From the NCBI GenBank assembly GCA_965214835.1, contig CBDCCK010000002.1, forward strand, positions 960,001-1,024,000: DNA of 64,000 nucleotides, read 5' to 3'. A model generated the notes under the pieces. The model was not told where the DNA came from. It worked only from the letters and a program-made list of their open reading frames with translations, and did not search any database. This document shows positions 61,646 through 64,000 of this stretch, one piece after another. A program made the position numbers and the translations under genes. Source of the stretch: Nitrosopumilaceae archaeon (GTDB lineage Archaea > Thermoproteota > Nitrososphaeria > Nitrososphaerales > Nitrosopumilaceae). The first letter of the stretch is position 1. Each line of letters opens with the position of its first letter.

Positions 61646-62806
61646 GTGGAGCTGACCAGAGAGGAAGAGTCCGCACTGGGGGGGGAGCACGGTGCAGTGC
61701 AGGAGCTGGCATACAGGATTCTGGTGGCCACCGGGGAGGCAACGGATGCAGAAAGGCTGGTTCCGATAAAATGGGCCCACCTTTCCGGCGTCAACTATAA
61801 TACCATAGGGGATGCAGGCGAGGAGTTTCTTTCCGGACTGAGCAGGGAGGACGGTGCCCGGGTCAGGGTAAGGACCACCCTTAATCCGATGGGCTTTGAC
61901 GGCGACAAGGTGTCAGGATCTGACCTAGATGATAATTTTATCTCAAAACAGCTCAGCATCAGGGATTCCTATGAGAGAATGGGCGTGACTCTTTCCTTTT
62001 CATGCATCCCCTATGAGATATTTGAGATTCCCGAGCCCGGAACACAGGTGGCATTTGCAGAAAGCAACGCCGCAATCCATGCCAACTCCCTGGACGGTCT
62101 GAAGACAAACAAGGAAAGCGCATTCAGCGCACTTGCCAGCGCCCTGACCGGAAAGAGTCCATATTCTGCAATACGCAGGGACGATACCCCTGATGTCACG
62201 ATCCGGATGAAGGTGGACAATCCCGACGAGATGGCCTACGGACTGCTTGGATTCTTTGCAGGCAGGGTGGCAAACAGCTCGGTTGCGATATCGGGGGCAT
62301 CCGAGATGGACACGCGCAGCTGCAAGTCGCTGTGCGGCGGGATGGGAACCTCCGGCACCTGTGCAAAGTTCGAGCTCGGCAGGGGCCCTCCCGGCTCTGA
62401 AAGGGTGGATTTTGACGAAAAGGAGATGCAGAACATCCACGACGAGCTGAACACCGCAGAAAAGGGGGATCTTATCACGCTTGGCAGCCCGCAGCTGGGA
62501 CTGGGGGAGATGAGGGATCTGTCCCTGATGCTCAAGGGGAGGTCATTTTCCAAGAACTGCATGATATTCTGTCCGAGATCCGTCCGGGAGCAGGCAAGAA
62601 GGCTCGGCTATACGAACGAGATTGAGAGGGCCGGGGGGGAGATCCTGTCTGATTGCTGTACCTGCCTGACCCCACTCATTGATCCGGACAGGGTCGATGC
62701 GGTCACCACAAACAGCATCAAGGGGGGTTATTACCTAAAGAACTCCACCGGGGTCGGCGTCAACCTCAAGCCGCTCTCACGTATAATCGAGGACGAGACA
62801 AGATGA
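61646..62806 (+). CDS. Aconitase X large subunit (probable phosphomevalonate dehydratase)
   Basis: TLNP, SCIPY, AESNA, CTCLTP and TNSIK motifs; paired with DUF126. Confidence 0.88.
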   Translation: MELTREEESALGGEHGAVQELAYRILVATGEATDAERLVPIKWAHLSGVNYNTIGDAGEEFLSGLSREDGARVRVRTTLNPMGFDGDKVSGSDLDDNFISKQLSIRDSYERMGVTLSFSCIPYEIFEIPEPGTQVAFAESNAAIHANSLDGLKTNKESAFSALASALTGKSPYSAIRRDDTPDVTIRMKVDNPDEMAYGLLGFFAGRVANSSVAISGASEMDTRSCKSLCGGMGTSGTCAKFELGRGPPGSERVDFDEKEMQNIHDELNTAEKGDLITLGSPQLGLGEMRDLSLMLKGRSFSKNCMIFCPRSVREQARRLGYTNEIERAGGEILSDCCTCLTPLIDPDRVDAVTTNSIKGGYYLKNSTGVGVNLKPLSRIIEDETR

Positions 62807-63195
62807 ACAGGGTGATTGTCAAGGGAAGGGCGCGGGGAGCTGTACTAAAGTCTGACGAGCCGATTAACTTTCTGGGAGCCGTCGACAAAAAGACAGGCCG
62901 CATCCGTGACAGGTCGCACCCGCTCTATGAAAAGCCGATGAAGGGTTTTGTACTGGTCTTCCCCCACGGGGTAGGCAGCAGCGTCGGTGCCTATACGATT
63001 TACTCGCTGAAATCCAACGATGCCGCGCCTGCTGCAATGGTCTGCAAAAAGGCAGACCTTACGGTCGCGACCGGCTGCGCACTGGCAGACATACCCCTGG
63101 TTCTGATCAGCGGTGACGAGTTTGACCGGCTATGTGACGGACAGAAAGTCACCGTTGATACCGAGCTCAAGCAAGTATCCGTCACCCACAGGTAG
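62803..63195 (+). CDS. Aconitase X small (swivel, DUF126) subunit
   Basis: INFLGAVD..TG and GVGSSVG motifs. Confidence 0.88.
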   Translation: MNRVIVKGRARGAVLKSDEPINFLGAVDKKTGRIRDRSHPLYEKPMKGFVLVFPHGVGSSVGAYTIYSLKSNDAAPAAMVCKKADLTVATGCALADIPLVLISGDEFDRLCDGQKVTVDTELKQVSVTHR

Positions 63196-63201
63196 CAAAT
63201 A

Positions 63202-63290
63202 CAGTACTTCCTAGATGTGCTTTTGCAGACCCTGCACGGCAACACCGCCGCCGCTACTTTCCGCGATCGTTTACAAACGAGTCGGCCGCA
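63202..63290. mobile_element. Terminal remnant of the ISH3 element
   Basis: Near-identical to 21226-21310. Confidence 0.85.
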
Positions 63291-63608
63291 TCTATCAGCG
63301 CCCTAGCAAGGATCCTCCCCGTCTCCGGACTCATGTCGCGCAGTATCCTATTGGAATCCCGGCGATGTGGTTAGTAGCAGTAAAGGGTGCGGTTCCACAT
63401 GCGGACACGGGCGCATCGCCACACGGCAACTAGCCCCCGATGACGCTAATATACGAACCGGGTATTGGAATGGGGGGTGCCTGAATCAGGAGGACGACCG
63501 TGCGGCACTATCCCGTTTATGTCCAGTCCCTTATGGACAAGGTAAAACAATATTTCGGGCAATTGTAACTGCCTTCTTGAAAATATTCTAAAAATTACCC
63601 TTTTTTTT

Positions 63609-63723
63609 GCAGCAGCCCGGGCTCTGGAAGCCGTCCTTGATTTCAAGCACGAATCTGCCCGGGAGGGCCCCCCCTCCGAGGCGGCAAAGCTCACGCCTGA
63701 ACTTCCAGAGCCCGAGCTGTTGC
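63609..63723. mobile_element. MITE family C
   Basis: TIR GCAGCAGCCCGGGCTCTGGAAG / CTTCCAGAGCCCGAGCTGTTGC; TSD TTTTTTTT/TTTCTTTT. Confidence 0.8.
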
Positions 63724-64000
63724 TTTCTTTTTGACACAGGAGCGTTTCAATTATTTTTTCGCTTGAGGAAAAAACAAATCCGTCCCCGCAGTTGCAATAC
63801 AACACAAGATATCCATCAGTTTTGGCGTCCAGGATCAGCCTTTTTATTTGATCAGTGCGTTTTGATCCCTCTGCCAGCAGAACTTCCCTGCATCTTGATC
63901 TGAGAAGGCCAATTCTTTCACGGGTGGAAGCTGCAGGCGAGCTTAGCAATGACTCACGCAAGGTTTGCGGATATGAAAAAGAAAAAAGGGAAAACGAAGC

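Noticed and set aside
1-64000. CRISPR array or cas genes
   Set aside because: No regularly spaced repeats were seen. The repeats are dispersed MITEs with TSDs, and the RecB-like gene lacks the Cas4 cysteine cluster.

Overview
Archaeal DNA, most consistent with an ammonia-oxidising thaumarchaeote (Nitrosopumilaceae-like; inferred from egsA, psmB, aCPSF1, the pantoate kinase route to CoA, AcnX, a PEF-CTERM protein and IPSW-repeat surface proteins). Core-gene blocks (about 7-20 kb, 33.5-47 kb and 53-63 kb) alternate with heavily scarred accessory zones (1-6.5 kb, 20.5-33.5 kb, 47.3-53 kb and 63.2-64 kb). These zones hold IS66, IS630 (two types), IS110, ISH3, IS5/ISL2 and IS481 elements or remnants, at least five MITE families with readable target-site duplications (TSDs), TA modules and pseudogenes. 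The top observation is an IS110 element (2973-4322). Its upstream non-coding end folds by eye into a bridge-RNA-like pair of loops, and the guide segments match both its own insertion site and its donor junction. That insertion site is the terminal inverted repeat (TIR) of the IS66/MITE family scattered through the window, so this looks like an RNA-guided recombinase programmed against another transposon's ends. All calls are by motif recognition and manual alignment; no database searches were run.
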